64,000 nucleotides of DNA from Mytilus californianus (taxonomy: Eukaryota): NCBI RefSeq assembly GCF_021869535.1, contig NW_026262700.1, positions 682,001 through 746,000 on the forward strand, written 5' to 3'. The notes beneath the pieces are model-generated. The model saw only the letters and a program-made list of their open reading frames with translations. It searched no databases and was not told where the DNA came from. A program made the position numbers and the translations under genes. Positions 60,756 to 64,000 of the stretch are shown piece after piece; the first letter of the stretch is position 1, and each line of letters opens with the position of its first letter.

Positions 60756-62462
60756 TGTAAATATATAACATGTCTTTCCAGGTAGGTTATCGTACGGTTT
60801 ATTATTTTGTTTTAAATCGTAAGAAAATGAAAGAATACATAAAATGTCTGATTTTTTAACCACTATTAACATTCATTAGTTTATCGCATGGGAAGCCTGT
60901 TTATTGCATTGATTAGTATCTTCTATTACTTGGCCACGTGCGGTCAGAATGGCTATGATTAGTGCATCAATTTAAGATTATACCAAACCTTCTGCAAGTA
61001 CGGATACCTTACAACAACTCTTTTAGGTCCAAGGGTGATTGGTCTGTTGAATTATAAGATCAATAAATTCTTTTTCAGACCTGCCATATCAATAATGACA
61101 AAGTTGGGCGTTCGTTAGCCTGTTCTGGATGGCGTTTATACATAGCCACCTTCAATCACAAATACCTCAATCCAGACATATTTGTATCTACAAGAACCGC
61201 AAGAGAACTTGGCAAACGAGTGAAGGAAAATTACCATCATGTTTGAAGATATAGAAATCCTCAAGTTCATGCATAGTCCCAACACAACAGCGATTCCTCT
61301 GTGATATATCCCTTAACAGGACGAAAAACCCGTCACACTATAATTCCTTTTCATGTGTTTATTATTCTTATTCGTATGGTTTAAAAGAGAACGTGCCATG
61401 TTACCTACTGAAAAACATTAAACATAAACTATTAGAAATTTTAGTAAGGTTAAAGTGCAGTTAATTATATTGAGCCATTAATTTAAGAATGGGTCGCATG
61501 ACAAATTTTCCTTTTACCTTCAAGAGTTATTTGTTTTATTTGTAAGCTTAAATTCCTTAACATTGGTATGATTCAATAATTTGAAACTGGTATACAATTT
61601 ATGGGCTAAAGAACATCAGGCGAACCTTAGCGAGATTTTCTCCCATTTCAAAGGGATTAGTTTGTTTTTTTCACAAGGCTTGAATATTTAATCCTACGAT
61701 ACAATAGTTACCACAAAAAAAAATAATCATTACTCAACTGTTTATGATACAGATGGGGATGGCAAGTAATGAAAGTACTTTATCAAAATCCCTCTTATTC
61801 TATTCGATCAGTTGTGATTTCTAATGAAATTTTCATACGGACATTTTTAATTTTTTTATAATTCTTTTTTTAGAACAGCAGAGTAAAAAGAGTAACCTCT
61901 CTTTACACACGCCCCATTGCCAAATTGGCAACACTTATGTCTTCTTAAACAATGAGCTTTATTAGCTTACTGTGAAAGACAAATATTTTCTAACCATGCA
62001 AAAGGCCAAATTCTTCAAACTGAAGGGCCATACTATTTACCATCAGAACAGGTTTATTAATACAGATTATGCCACGGTAAGTAGTATTAAAAAAATAGCG
62101 GACATCTTTAACCTCTCATTAATGTGAGCTGTATATATACTTACTTTCAAAAGGTAATACGTACTTTATTTGGCCTTAAAATTAAGAGCTTCATTGGCAA
62201 GCCTTGTGTATACATACAAGAAACGCACATCTTGTGTACAAATTTGTAATCTAGGTATCCTCTTAAGTTTATTATGTATATATTGCAAAAAAGAATTTCA
62301 GTAAAAAAATATAGAAATCTCTGGTTTTGAAACTGTTACCAGCACTGGTAAACAAATAACCTATATTTACGTAAATCATTTAGTTTAAAATTAGACAATT
62401 GGTCGCCACAAACTCTTATTCACAATCTTCCAAGAAAGAATTGCTCTTCTTTTCAACCGTAA

Positions 62463-62785
62463 TATATCGCTATGACTATAAATATAATGAATTTTTGAAA
62501 CTTTAGGACTAAATTTTTGAATGCATAAATCAAATAAAATAATAAAATATATATGAAATATTGATATATATTTATTGTTTACACAATTAAGTAAATATGA
62601 CTATATAAAGTTAATCTTACGCATATCGTTATGGCAATAAATATAATGAATTTTTGAAACTTGAGGACTAAATTTTTGGATGCATAAATCAAATAAAACA
62701 ATAAAATATATATGAAATATTGATATATATTTATTGTTTGCACAATTAAGTAAATATGACTATATAAATTTAATCTTACGCATAT
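62463..62785. repeat. 159-bp tandem duplication
   Basis: aatataatgaatttttgaaact at 62481 and 62640. Confidence 0.9.
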
Positions 62786-63790
62786 ATCTTTTATTTTTAA
62801 TTAAATTCAAGATGATGAAAATCTCGCCATTTCAGTGCGATGAGCAGCGCATCAAAGCACTTATTACCCCAACCCCAATTGATTTTGGCGATGATGCAAA
62901 TATTGGCCTCTTTACACAGGACCAATTGGTTACCATTTCCGGGTAATAGGTAAAAGTAAGTATCGCAATAAATTTGAAATATCGGTAGTTCATAAATCAC
63001 CAATAAACGATTCGTTTTTTAAGGTTCGATGTGTACTTACTGATACTTCATCTCAAACACATGATTTTTTTTAATTAATAGTTATTGACTTTTGACTGGT
63101 TTAGTAACTGCGAGTACTCCTTAGATATGTACGTTGTTATGGGTTTGCCAGGACTGCTACACAGAAGCAAACGAGGTATTTATTTCAATATTTATTGAAA
63201 GAACATGAAAACATATACATGTACTACATTCATTGCCATGAAAAATTTTGAGTTATTACGTGTTTGAATTGTAATGCTTGTAGTAGTTTTGTCACATATA
63301 AATGGATTTTAATTGTGTATTATTTGTCAGTTATCAATAAATCTTGTCAGCTGATTGATTTACAGATTAATCAATTAATTAAATCATGAAATTCAAATTT
63401 TCACACCTTTATAAATGGATTATGTTTAATTATTTATACTGCTAATTAGAAATTAGGATATGTTTGCATAAAGATACAATATTAGGTCAATGTCAGGAAA
63501 ATAAAAAGTTTATATTTTTCTGATTGTTTTTTTTCTGCAACTTAAATTAATACATAGATAGCTATTTAAATTTTAAATTATTGCCATCCCTTAATGAACT
63601 TCTAATAGTAGAAAAAGTGATCCATGATGAAATTGACATTGCACAAAATATAGCTGTGTTACTATATTTAGAAAATAAACACAACTAGTTGCAGTATAAA
63701 TATGTTAATGTAATGATTTAAGTTAAATATTAAAACGGTTAATTATAAACAATAATGTAATTTAATTTTTATTCCCTATGGTCTTTTAAG

Positions 63791-63967
63791 GATACTTCAA
63801 TTGTAATAGAAAGATCATTTTAAGTCCCAGATCCTGTGCTAGAAGAGTCCATTACAGATGCAACAGTTGACCACAACCCAACCACAGAATACCTTGTTGT
63901 TGACTTAGGTAGCAACCGTGGCAAAAGAAAGCTTGTTAACACTGATGGCTCCAGCTTCACAGTGAAT
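63791..63967 (+). pseudogene. Exon encoding the start of a FLYWCH zinc finger (MULE-associated type)
   Basis: AG/GT-bounded; ERSF*VPDPVLEES...YLVVDLGSNRGKRKLVNTDGSSFT. Confidence 0.55.
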
Positions 63968-64000
63968 GTAAGGTTAAACATATAAAAATAATATGTTTCT

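Noticed and set aside
60931-61040. Very old SINE core remnant
   Set aside because: Only two short matches (gccacgt.cggtcagaatgg and caacaactcttt); too weak to list as a feature.

Overview
AT-rich eukaryotic DNA that appears to consist almost entirely of nested transposable elements; I found no intact host gene. The repeat families resemble those of bivalves (Mytilus-like; inferred from recognition, not from a search). Main parts: (1) an I/Nimb-clade LINE (~4174-17410, minus) interrupted by a Ty3/Gypsy element (~6170-13490, minus) with an HhH-Gag, a -1 frameshift signal and an integrase-PHD tail; (2) a ~14 kb Ngaro/PAT-like tyrosine-recombinase retroelement (22237-36470, plus) with split direct repeats and apparent splice signals, hosting a hammerhead retrozyme, a Helentron-like element and a THAP/ISL2EU transposon; (3) about 20 copies or fragments of a ~425 bp SINE-like element with a (CAAT)n tail and ~13 bp TSDs, no recognisable tRNA head, and a 5'-terminal predicted H-type pseudoknot with a compensatory base-pair change in one copy; (4) relics of Penelope-like, Kolobok-like, Myb/SANT, XPG-like, FLYWCH and DIRS-gag genes; (5) a 226-bp-arm palindrome and several tandem arrays. 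All assignments come from manual reading and motif recognition; no databases or folding programs were run.
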